DNA of 54,444 nucleotides from an uncultured Pseudomonadota bacterium (GCA_949283075.1 CASDRH010000017.1:1-54444), one strand, 5' to 3'; positions 21,649 to 29,235 are shown, counted from the stretch's first letter. Notes: generated by a model from the sequence alone, not told the origin. Numbers and translations: made by a program.

Positions 21649-21929
21649 AATCACTTCCTTTAGGTCGATATTTAAAAAACAAATTAAAGAAAGGAGTTCA
21701 AGATGAATTGGTTAGAATTGGTAAAGAAGATCGGGTTAAATTTCTTAACAGTGATCAAATTTCCTATATCCAGTCTTACAACAATAATCTCATACGTGAA
21801 AAGCATTCTAAAATACTTCAAAAAATAATTACTTTGAAAGAGGCTTATAAAGAAGAAAATAAGCAAAAATTTTGGAATGCTGATAAACGTTTTGAAATTA
21901 ATCAACTTAAGAAAGGTAAAATATTATGA
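21648..21929 (+). CDS. C-terminal 93-aa fragment of microvirus Rep, separated from the rest of the gene by integration
   Basis: The frame continuing from the att core reads KSLPLGRYLKNKLKKGVQDELVRIGKEDRV…KKGKIL*. It is in frame with the Rep N-terminal part after circularisation, and its stop overlaps the capsid ATG (ATGA). Confidence 0.88.
   Translation, partial: KSLPLGRYLKNKLKKGVQDELVRIGKEDRVKFLNSDQISYIQSYNNNLIREKHSKILQKIITLKEAYKEENKQKFWNADKRFEINQLKKGKIL
21703..21828 (+). CDS. Overprinted 41-aa cationic amphipathic peptide, candidate lysis protein
   Basis: AAGGAG at 21691-21696 lies 6 nt before ATG 21703. Translation: MNWLELVKKIGLNFLTVIKFPISSLTTIISYVKSILKYFKK*, in the +1 frame inside the rep 3' part. 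Confidence 0.5.
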   Translation: MNWLELVKKIGLNFLTVIKFPISSLTTIISYVKSILKYFKK

Positions 21930-23389
21930 AAAGATATGCTCATAGATTATCAAATTATAAATTAACTACTTTTAATCAGGGACAATTTGTCCCCGTACGT
22001 ATTACAGAGGCATTGATGGGAGATACTTTTAGGCACTCTACTTCTGCTTTTCTTCGTGTTTCTCCTCCTGCTTTTCCTGTAATGCATCCTGTACATGTTT
22101 ATATAAAACATTTTGCTGTTCCTGTTCGTCTTATTTGGGAAGATTTTTCTGAATGGATTACTGGTAAGAATGAAGATGCTGTTCATCCTACTATTAAGTT
22201 TAAGGCTAAAGATGTTACTATTGGTAGTTTGGCTCAGCATTTAGGAGTTCCTATTCCACATGAAGGTTGTGATCCTGAAAAGGAAATAGAAGTCTCTGCT
22301 CTTCCTTTTAGAGCTTATGCATTTATTTTTAATGAATATATAAGGGATCAAGATTTGCAACAACCTCTTGTATTTTCTACTGCTTCTGGTTTAGATACTA
22401 CTACTAATACAACTCTTCAGAATGTTTGTTGGGAAAAAGATCCTTTTACATTAGCTCGCCCTACTCCACAGCAAGGAGATGAAGTTTATTTACCATTAGG
22501 AGATTCTGCACCTGTTTCTCGTACTTCTTTTGGTACTTGGACTGCTATTCATGCTATGACAGGTGAACCTTTAGCTGAAGGTGATACTCTTTCTGTTGGT
22601 CAAAATGGAGTTCTTCGTAAAGCAGGTACTTCTACTCCTGCAGGTTTTCAACCTACTGGTTTGACTGCTGATTTATCTCAAGCTACAGCTACTCCTATTA
22701 CTCTTGTTCAAGAAGCTTTTGCATTACAGAGAATGAAACAAGCTCGTAATAAGTATGGTGAAAGATATGAAGATTATTTGCGTTATTTAGGTATTAAACC
22801 TTCTGATGCACGTCTTCAAAAGCCTGAATATTTAGGTGGTGGTAAACAGACTATACAATTTAGTGAGGTTTTGGGTACTTCTGCTGATGCTTTAGGAGCT
22901 TTGGGAGGACATGGTATAGCTGCTATGCGTTCTAATGCTTATCAATTCTTTTTTGAAGAGCATTCTTTAGTTTGTAGTTTTATGTTTGTTCGTCCAAAGA
23001 CTATGTATTCTCAAGGTCTTGATAAATTATGGTTAAAAAGGACTAAAGATGATTATTGGCAAAAAGAATTGGAAAATATCGGACAAGATAAAATTGTTAA
23101 TCAGCAACTTATGGCTTTTTGCGATAAGCCAGATGGTACTTTTGGTTATACTGATCGTTATTATGAATATAAGCGAGCTTGTTCTACCTATAGTGGAGAA
23201 TTCGCTTCCGTTTATAAAGACGCTCATATGGGTCGTGAATTTAATGATCTTCCTGCACTTAATGCTAGTTTTGTTTCTTGTAATCCTACTGATCGTATTT
23301 ATCTTGATAAGACTTCTGATCAGATTATTGTGATGGTTTATCATAATTTGAGAGCTCGTCGTATGGTTTCAAAGAAAGGAGCTGTTTAA
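21926..23389 (+). CDS. Microvirus major capsid protein (VP1/F)
   Basis: GQFVPVRITEALMGDTF, FAVPVRLIWEDF, ALPFRAYAFIFNEYIRDQDL, WEKDPFTLARPTPQQG, GERYEDYL, DARLQKPEYLGGG, FFFEEH and FGYTDRYYEYK. Confidence 0.96.
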   Translation: MKRYAHRLSNYKLTTFNQGQFVPVRITEALMGDTFRHSTSAFLRVSPPAFPVMHPVHVYIKHFAVPVRLIWEDFSEWITGKNEDAVHPTIKFKAKDVTIGSLAQHLGVPIPHEGCDPEKEIEVSALPFRAYAFIFNEYIRDQDLQQPLVFSTASGLDTTTNTTLQNVCWEKDPFTLARPTPQQGDEVYLPLGDSAPVSRTSFGTWTAIHAMTGEPLAEGDTLSVGQNGVLRKAGTSTPAGFQPTGLTADLSQATATPITLVQEAFALQRMKQARNKYGERYEDYLRYLGIKPSDARLQKPEYLGGGKQTIQFSEVLGTSADALGALGGHGIAAMRSNAYQFFFEEHSLVCSFMFVRPKTMYSQGLDKLWLKRTKDDYWQKELENIGQDKIVNQQLMAFCDKPDGTFGYTDRYYEYKRACSTYSGEFASVYKDAHMGREFNDLPALNASFVSCNPTDRIYLDKTSDQIIVMVYHNLRARRMVSKKGAV

Positions 23390-23529
23390 TGAATAGGGAA
23401 GATTTGGATTTTTTATATAACCTTTTTGATTATGACGTTGATGAACCTCAATTTTTTCAATTTCGTCATAGAGAAGGATCTCATTTATTAACTTTAACAA
23501 TTAAGTATGAAAGGATAGATAATGGTTAG
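23389..23529 (+). CDS. Small hypothetical phage protein (46 aa)
   Basis: Coupled to the capsid stop by TAATG, with RBS AAAGGA. Translation: MNREDLDFLYNLFDYDVDEPQFFQFRHREGSHLLTLTIKYERIDNG*. It fills the gap and overlaps the next ATG. Confidence 0.6.
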   Translation: MNREDLDFLYNLFDYDVDEPQFFQFRHREGSHLLTLTIKYERIDNG

Positions 23530-23974
23530 TCCTGTTAGAACATTATTAGATAATATAAAAAAATCTCGTGAAGATAAACTTATAGCTTCAACTTATGGTA
23601 AAGATACTGCTGTAGCTTTGCGTAAGTTTAAAGATCGTATTGATGATTTAGGCAAGGAGATAGTTGATACTACTCCTCATGTTGATTTTATTGATACTAA
23701 TCCTCATGGTAAAGTTGAAGCTTATCAGAGTGTTATTAAAGCATTGTCTGATTTAGCTGCTTCTCAACATATGGAGACCTTAGAAGAAGCTAATGACTTT
23801 GGGCCTGAAGATGATGAGAGTGATGCACTTACTATTCATGAATTCGCCGCTATGTGTGATGCGGTAGACAAATCTCGGAATTCTGAGCCACCACAAAGCT
23901 CAAAGAATTCCGATAATGCGTCGTTAGAGGTTAACAATGCGGAAAAGGCGAATTCAGAAGTTTCACAGGAATAG
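23522..23974 (+). CDS. Probable microvirus internal scaffolding protein (VP3-like)
   Basis: 150 aa, acidic, with RBS AAAGGA, an ETLEEANDF motif and a disordered tail. Function is inferred from size and position. Confidence 0.55.
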   Translation: MVSPVRTLLDNIKKSREDKLIASTYGKDTAVALRKFKDRIDDLGKEIVDTTPHVDFIDTNPHGKVEAYQSVIKALSDLAASQHMETLEEANDFGPEDDESDALTIHEFAAMCDAVDKSRNSEPPQSSKNSDNASLEVNNAEKANSEVSQE

Positions 23975-24007
23975 CACAGTACTTATATCTTGATATGTAC
24001 TGTGCTA
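23972..24007 (+). other. Probable rolling-circle replication origin hairpin
   Basis: Perfect 11-bp inverted repeat TAGCACAGTAC/GTACTGTGCTA enclosing CTTGATAT, which matches the core of the phiX174 nick site CAACTTG^ATATT. Confidence 0.7.
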
Positions 24008-24026
24008 GATGACAGAAGGGAAAAAG

Positions 24027-24473
24027 ATGAAAAAAAGAGGACGTATTTCAAAGAATAGATATCATAATTATAATGATTATAATTTTCACAATAAATATAA
24101 TAAATTTGATTATGATTATTTAACTCGCAATAGGATTACTATTCCTATTGCTAGCGATCGTCGTCGCGTTATGAGTTATGATAGGAATTTTTTGTCCTCT
24201 ACTCTTTCTCCTTCTTTTTCTACTTCTCATCGTTTTATCGAACAGGATAGAAATATCTTTTCTAATGCTAGCATTAGTAATTCTAATTTTTCTTCTCAAG
24301 TTTCTGTTCCTGTTCGTCCTGATAAAGAATTAAGTAAAAATGAGTTTAAGCGTATGCTTGTGTGTTCTGCTCGTAAGATACGTCGTCAAGTCCTTTTTGC
24401 TCTTGGTAGAGCTGGTAAAGGAGTTAGGAATGCTAAGCCCGTTTGGACTGATGATAGTTATGTTAAATGTTAA
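24027..24473 (+). CDS. Basic hypothetical microvirus protein
   Basis: Track ORF 24009..24473, with a more likely start at ATG 24027 behind AAGGGA. Arg/Lys-rich, with a C-terminal CSARKIRRQVLFALGRAGKG…SYVKC segment. Confidence 0.7.
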   Translation: MKKRGRISKNRYHNYNDYNFHNKYNKFDYDYLTRNRITIPIASDRRRVMSYDRNFLSSTLSPSFSTSHRFIEQDRNIFSNASISNSNFSSQVSVPVRPDKELSKNEFKRMLVCSARKIRRQVLFALGRAGKGVRNAKPVWTDDSYVKC

Positions 24474-24490
24474 AATGAAAGGTAAAAAAA

Positions 24491-25324
24491 ATGGTTTGGG
24501 GAGATTTAATCGCAGCTGGCGGAAGCTTATTAGGAGGGCTTTTAGGTGCTGCAAGTAATAAAAAAGCTAATGAACAGAATGCAGCTCTTCAAAGAGAATT
24601 TGCTCAGAATGGTATTCGTTGGAAAGTTGCAGATGCTAAAGCAGCAGGATTACATCCTTTAGCTGCTCTTGGAGTTAATACATTATCTGCAAGCCCTTCT
24701 TATGTTGGAGATACATCTATGGCTAATGCTGTTTCTAATATGGGTCAGGATATTGGTAGAGCTGTTAATTCTACTAGGACTAATAAAGAGCGTGCAGATA
24801 AGTTTGCTGAGATGCAAATGAGATCTATGGAGTTAGATTTACAGAATAAGGAGCTTAATAATCAGCTTATTAGTTCTGAAATTGCAAGGGTTCGTGATAA
24901 TACTCCCCCTACTCCATCTGGTACTCTTCCTAATCGTGATTTGGCAGGTCAACAACCTGAGATTGTTGAGGATATGGTTCTACATCCTTTGAATAGAGTT
25001 AAGTCCGCAGATGATCCAGCTAAGGAAGCAGGACATTTAACTGAGTATACTTATTCTAAGACTGCTGATGGTGGTTTAACTCCTGTTATGTCTTCAGATT
25101 TTAAGGATCGTTCAGAAGATGATGTTATTGCAGAAACTTTTTGGCATGTTAGGAATGGTTTACTTTCACCTAGTAACAAGCCAGATCCTAAAGAATTCCC
25201 TCTTCCTGATGGCTATCATTGGGAATGGGATGCTGTTAAACAAGCTTTTTATCCTGAAAAGGATAGCCTTCTTCAAGAAGGTTATAAGAAAGGTTTGTTT
25301 AACCCTGATTTAATTGATTATTAG
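24491..25324 (+). CDS. Microvirus DNA pilot protein (VP2/H)
   Basis: Gly/Ala-rich hydrophobic N-terminus LIAAGGSLLGGLLG, then QREFAQNGIRWKVADAKAAGLHPLAALG and a coiled-coil segment. Confidence 0.92.
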   Translation: MVWGDLIAAGGSLLGGLLGAASNKKANEQNAALQREFAQNGIRWKVADAKAAGLHPLAALGVNTLSASPSYVGDTSMANAVSNMGQDIGRAVNSTRTNKERADKFAEMQMRSMELDLQNKELNNQLISSEIARVRDNTPPTPSGTLPNRDLAGQQPEIVEDMVLHPLNRVKSADDPAKEAGHLTEYTYSKTADGGLTPVMSSDFKDRSEDDVIAETFWHVRNGLLSPSNKPDPKEFPLPDGYHWEWDAVKQAFYPEKDSLLQEGYKKGLFNPDLIDY

Positions 25325-25340
25325 TGAAAGGAGGTTTCTT

Positions 25341-25409
25341 ATGCGTAGAAGAAGAAGATTTAGAAGATCTCGTCGTATTTATGCTCGTAGAATTGGTCGT
25401 CGTGCTTAA
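25341..25409 (+). CDS. Arg-rich DNA-binding/packaging peptide (J/VP8-like, 22 aa)
   Basis: Strong RBS AAAGGAGGT at 25327-25335. Translation: MRRRRRFRRSRRIYARRIGRRA*. Lies between the pilot gene and rep. Confidence 0.85.
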   Translation: MRRRRRFRRSRRIYARRIGRRA

Positions 25410-25425
25410 GTTGGAGAATTTTATT

Positions 25426-26061
25426 ATGTTATGTAAAACACCTTATCAACAAGGAAATATATTAAGGCCTTGTGGTCAGTGTACTTATTGTAGAGTAAAT
25501 CGCCGTCGTGAATGGGCGGCTCGTTTACTTTATGAGTATAAGTTTTCTGATGGTGGTTTATTCTTGACTTTAACTTATTCTGATGATAATTTGCCAGCAA
25601 ATGCTTCTCTCGATAAAAATGCAATATCTTCATTTATGAAGCGTTTGCGTGATCGTTTGAAGCCTAGAAAAATTCGTTTTTATGGTGTTGGAGAATATGG
25701 AGATGTTAGTTCTCGCCCTCATTATCATCTTTTCTTATATAATGTTTGCATTGAAGATAAAGATTGCATTGTGGCTTGTTGGCCATTTGGGCTTGTTCAT
25801 TTTGGTGCTATCTCCATTCATTCTGCTAACTATATTGCTGGCTATGTGGTAAAGAAGATGACTAATCCTAAGGATGATAGGCTTAATGGTCGTTATCCTG
25901 AGTATTCTCGTCAATCTACTAAGCCTGGTATAGGTTATGGTATTGTTGAGCCACTTATAAAAAAGTTGACTTCTACTGATCATGGTATTAAACTACTAAA
26001 TAACCTTTCGGACGTGACTCATAGTGTCTATTATGTTAATTTTACAATTAGAATTATTTAG
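25426..26061 (+). CDS. Microvirus replication initiator (VP4/A), N-terminal part, truncated at attR in the integrated state
   Basis: Start at ATG 25426 behind GGAG. Contains PCGQCTYC, motif I FLTLTY, GEYG, motif II PHYH, motif III YIAGYVVKK and SRQSTKPGIG. It reads through attR into a 6-residue host-derived tail FTIRII*. Confidence 0.94.
   Translation: MLCKTPYQQGNILRPCGQCTYCRVNRRREWAARLLYEYKFSDGGLFLTLTYSDDNLPANASLDKNAISSFMKRLRDRLKPRKIRFYGVGEYGDVSSRPHYHLFLYNVCIEDKDCIVACWPFGLVHFGAISIHSANYIAGYVVKKMTNPKDDRLNGRYPEYSRQSTKPGIGYGIVEPLIKKLTSTDHGIKLLNNLSDVTHSVYYVNFTIRII
26014..26041 (+). other. attR, second dif-like site (degenerate XerC arm)
   Basis: GTGACTCATAG-TGTCTA-TTATGTTAATT; the 15-bp core is identical to that of attL. 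Confidence 0.9.
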
Positions 26062-26149
26062 ATTTTATATATAAATAAAGAAACTTGTATTTTTGTTTTA
26101 AATCTTTATTATTATATTAAAATTTAACTATTAAGGAAAGGTTTATCTT

Positions 26150-27436
26150 ATGTTTATTAAAAAATATTTTGTTTTAATCTTTACTCTTCTCGCTTTTGTT
26201 TCTTGTTCTGATGTCGAAGATAAAGAAAAAGAAATTATCAATAAAATTAAATCTGCTGAAAAAGTAAAAGCTGAAAAAGTAAAATCTGATGATAATAAAA
26301 ATGTATATAAATTTGATAAGTTTGGTATTACTGAACCTGATGATGAAATTGTATATAAATTAGAAGCTAAAATAGATGATAGAGAATATCAAATGTATCT
26401 TGATATAAGAAAAATGGCTCTTAATTATAATTCAGATTATACAGTTACAGGTTTTCTATATGTTAAAAACAATCCAAAAGTTTATGATTGTGTAGATATT
26501 AATCCTGATATAATTAAAGCTTTTCCTATAGATGGTAATATAAAAAATAATGATATGACTATATATATAGGTGAAAACTTTCAAGAGAATTTAAATCATA
26601 AATTTAATATTGATATGAGCAATGATGAAATTGTGTTAAAAGGAAAATTTAATATTGATGACAAGGTTAGATTAGGAGAAGATATTGACTATGATAAAGA
26701 TATTGTATTCAAACAAGCTGATAATAAAATAAATAAAGTCAAAATTATCAATAAAAGCTTTTCTAATGTTTATAAAATAGATGATCCAACTACTGAGATA
26801 AAAGATGATAACGAAAGAGAAGTAGAAATAACACTTTCTTTAAGCTCTGCTTTTGTTGATTCTAAAGATAAAAATATAGATAAGTTAAATTCTAATTTAT
26901 TTGTTGATTTTGAAAAAGAGTTTAAAAAAGAATTATCAGATTTGGATGATAATAATAATGACTTTGATTATGTAAGCCGAAATAATATCTCTCAGGTATC
27001 TTTCTTTGATGATGAAATAATTAATTTTGTAAAATCAACTTATGTTTATTCTGGCGGGGCTCACGGTAATTATGGATATAATGCAGAAGTATATTCATTA
27101 AAAACAGGAGAAAAAATTGATTATTACTCTAATATGTTTATTAATAATGATGATATAAAATTAAAAGAAGTTATATACACTGCTTTACTTGAAAAATATA
27201 CAGGTGAAGACGCCCCTGCTTTCCTTTCAAGTGATCCAGAAGGTCTTGGATTTAGGTATTATGTTTCTCCAAATGGTATAACTTTCCATTGGGATCCTTA
27301 TGAAATTGGTCCTTATGCTCAAGGAAGTTTTGAAGTAACTGTGCCTTTTGCTAAACTTATCGAGTTTGCAAAGCCTGATAGCCCTTTTTATCACTTGTTT
27401 AAAAGTAGTTGTCCAAATAAAAACTCTGATAAATAA
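26150..27436 (+). CDS. Lipoprotein with RsiV/DUF3298-like C-terminal domain
   Basis: Lipobox FVS|C; YVYSGGAHGNY and GITFHWDPYEIGPYAQG motifs. Confidence 0.75.
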   Translation: MFIKKYFVLIFTLLAFVSCSDVEDKEKEIINKIKSAEKVKAEKVKSDDNKNVYKFDKFGITEPDDEIVYKLEAKIDDREYQMYLDIRKMALNYNSDYTVTGFLYVKNNPKVYDCVDINPDIIKAFPIDGNIKNNDMTIYIGENFQENLNHKFNIDMSNDEIVLKGKFNIDDKVRLGEDIDYDKDIVFKQADNKINKVKIINKSFSNVYKIDDPTTEIKDDNEREVEITLSLSSAFVDSKDKNIDKLNSNLFVDFEKEFKKELSDLDDNNNDFDYVSRNNISQVSFFDDEIINFVKSTYVYSGGAHGNYGYNAEVYSLKTGEKIDYYSNMFINNDDIKLKEVIYTALLEKYTGEDAPAFLSSDPEGLGFRYYVSPNGITFHWDPYEIGPYAQGSFEVTVPFAKLIEFAKPDSPFYHLFKSSCPNKNSDK

Positions 27437-27452
27437 AATATCAGAGTTTTTT
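27419..27452 (+). terminator. Rho-independent terminator
   Basis: Inverted repeat AAAAACTCTGATA…TATCAGAGTTTTTT. Confidence 0.7.
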
Positions 27453-27588
27453 ACCACTCTACTCTAATTTTTCACATGTAAATTGTTGAAAAATAATGAT
27501 TAAAAAGCTATTGATTTTATATATCAAGGTTTTATTATATAATTTATTAAATTTTAAATATTATTAAATTTGAGAAAGGCAGGTTAGT

Positions 27589-29235
27589 ATGTTATTGGAT
27601 ATGATTTTCTTATTGCTAGGTGGTTTTGGTTTGTTTATGTATGGTCTTAATTTGTTTTCTGATGGATTACAAAAATCAACAGAAAAATCTTTAAAAAAAG
27701 CTTTATCAAAAATAACTCAAAATAAATTTTTAGGTATAAGTTTTGGTACTTTAATTACTTCAATTGTTCAGTCCAGTAGTGCTGTTACAGTTATGGCTGT
27801 TAGCTTTGTTAATGCTGGAATTATGACTTTGCGTCAAGCTATACACGTTACTTTAGGTGCTAATATCGGAACAACTGTAACTGGTTGGATTATTGCTATG
27901 GATATTTATATTATAGCATTACCTTCTATTGCTGTTGGTTCTATGTTGTTTTTGTTTGGTAAAGGTAAGGCTAAAACATTTGGTTCTTTGATTATGGGCT
28001 TTGGTATGCTCTTCTATGGTATGGATTTGATGACAAATTCATTCACCGTTGTTAAAAATTCAGAAGCTTTTAAAAATGTTTTACTTACTGCTTCTGCTTC
28101 AACATATCTTGATGTATTTATCTGTATCGTTATTGGTGCTATTGTTACTGGTATAATTCAATCAAGTAGTGCTGTTGTAGGTATTGTTATATCTATGGCA
28201 ACTTCAGGATTGATTGATTATACTGCTGCAATTGCTATTGCTTTGGGTGCTGATATAGGTACTACTGTTACTGCTAACATTGCTTCTTTAAATGCTTCTT
28301 TGAATGCTAAAAGAGCTGCTTTTGTTCATTTCTTATTCAATCTGTTTGGGGTAATTTATATATTTATTTTGTTCCCTTATTATATATCTTTGATTAACTG
28401 GATTGTAAGAAGTGTTTTAGAAGTATCTGCTTCAAATGTTGCTATACATATAGTTACTGCTCACACTATGTTTAATTTTATAAATGTTTGTGTGTTCTAT
28501 TTCTTGACTGGTTATTTAGAAAAAGTTGCTTGCTTTGTATTTAAAGGTAAAGATGAAGAAAAACGTATAAGTTTATTATCTGATAAATTATTGGATATGC
28601 CAGTTTCTGCAAATATAGAAGTTCAAAAAGAAGTTTTATATATGGGCGATTTATCAAAATCTATTACTAAAAATATAAAAGAATTATTTAATCAAAATAA
28701 AAATTCAAAAATTTTAGAAAATATAAATAATGATGTTGAAACATTAAAAAATACTGAAACTGATATTAGATCTTTTATAATTAAGCTTTTGCCTAAAAGT
28801 TCTAAAAGTTTAAGCGGTGATTTAGCGCCGATGATTACCGTATCTACATATTATGAAAATTTAGGTAATAATTTAAAAGATTTATCAGAAGTAGTTAATA
28901 AAGCTGTATCTAATAAAAGCTATAAACTAACAGATAATCAAAAATCTGATGTCATAGATATGATTGATAGCTTGTCTGATTATTTGGCTTGTATAATTGA
29001 TGGAATGAATCCTGTTTTAAATTCTAATAAAGAGGATATAGCTGAAAATACAAATAATAAATGTAAAAATATTAAATTAATTTACAATAAAGTAAGAGAT
29101 AATCATTATAAATTGATTGAAAAATCTGAAACAAAAGAACTAAATGCTTATTTATTTACTGATATATTAGTTTATTTTAACAGAGCTTTTAATAATCTTA
29201 TGGATATATCAGAAGTATTTATGAATAAAGCTTAA
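27589..29235 (+). CDS. Na+/Pi cotransporter family protein (PNaS) with PhoU-like C-terminal region
   Basis: Duplicated QSSSA and GANIGTTVT/GADIGTTVT motifs and multiple TM helices. Confidence 0.92.
   Translation: MLLDMIFLLLGGFGLFMYGLNLFSDGLQKSTEKSLKKALSKITQNKFLGISFGTLITSIVQSSSAVTVMAVSFVNAGIMTLRQAIHVTLGANIGTTVTGWIIAMDIYIIALPSIAVGSMLFLFGKGKAKTFGSLIMGFGMLFYGMDLMTNSFTVVKNSEAFKNVLLTASASTYLDVFICIVIGAIVTGIIQSSSAVVGIVISMATSGLIDYTAAIAIALGADIGTTVTANIASLNASLNAKRAAFVHFLFNLFGVIYIFILFPYYISLINWIVRSVLEVSASNVAIHIVTAHTMFNFINVCVFYFLTGYLEKVACFVFKGKDEEKRISLLSDKLLDMPVSANIEVQKEVLYMGDLSKSITKNIKELFNQNKNSKILENINNDVETLKNTETDIRSFIIKLLPKSSKSLSGDLAPMITVSTYYENLGNNLKDLSEVVNKAVSNKSYKLTDNQKSDVIDMIDSLSDYLACIIDGMNPVLNSNKEDIAENTNNKCKNIKLIYNKVRDNHYKLIEKSETKELNAYLFTDILVYFNRAFNNLMDISEVFMNKA

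Larger units (their letters stand above)
21621..26041 (+). mobile_element. Integrated Microviridae (ssDNA phage) prophage at dif
   Basis: Capsid, pilot, Rep and small genes all lie on the + strand. The region is visibly more GC-rich and T-rich than the flanks. It is bounded by two directly repeated dif-like sites sharing TGTCTATTATGTTAA (21632-21646 and 26025-26039), which gives a 4393-nt circle. Confidence 0.96.

Noticed and set aside
21708-21929. Independent 73-aa phage gene
   Set aside because: The frame is open back through the att core and joins Rep on circularisation, so it is better explained as the rep 3' end.
24340-24558. Hydrophobic overlapping ORF as the lysis gene
   Set aside because: It has no convincing RBS, and T-rich third codon positions in this phage make alternate frames look hydrophobic by default. 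It is weaker than the 21703 candidate but not strictly excluded.
25324-25425. Rep start at GTG 25324 as given in the ORF track
   Set aside because: The extension overlaps the Arg-rich gene, which has its own strong RBS. Rep-like sequence begins at ATG 25426, which also has an RBS.
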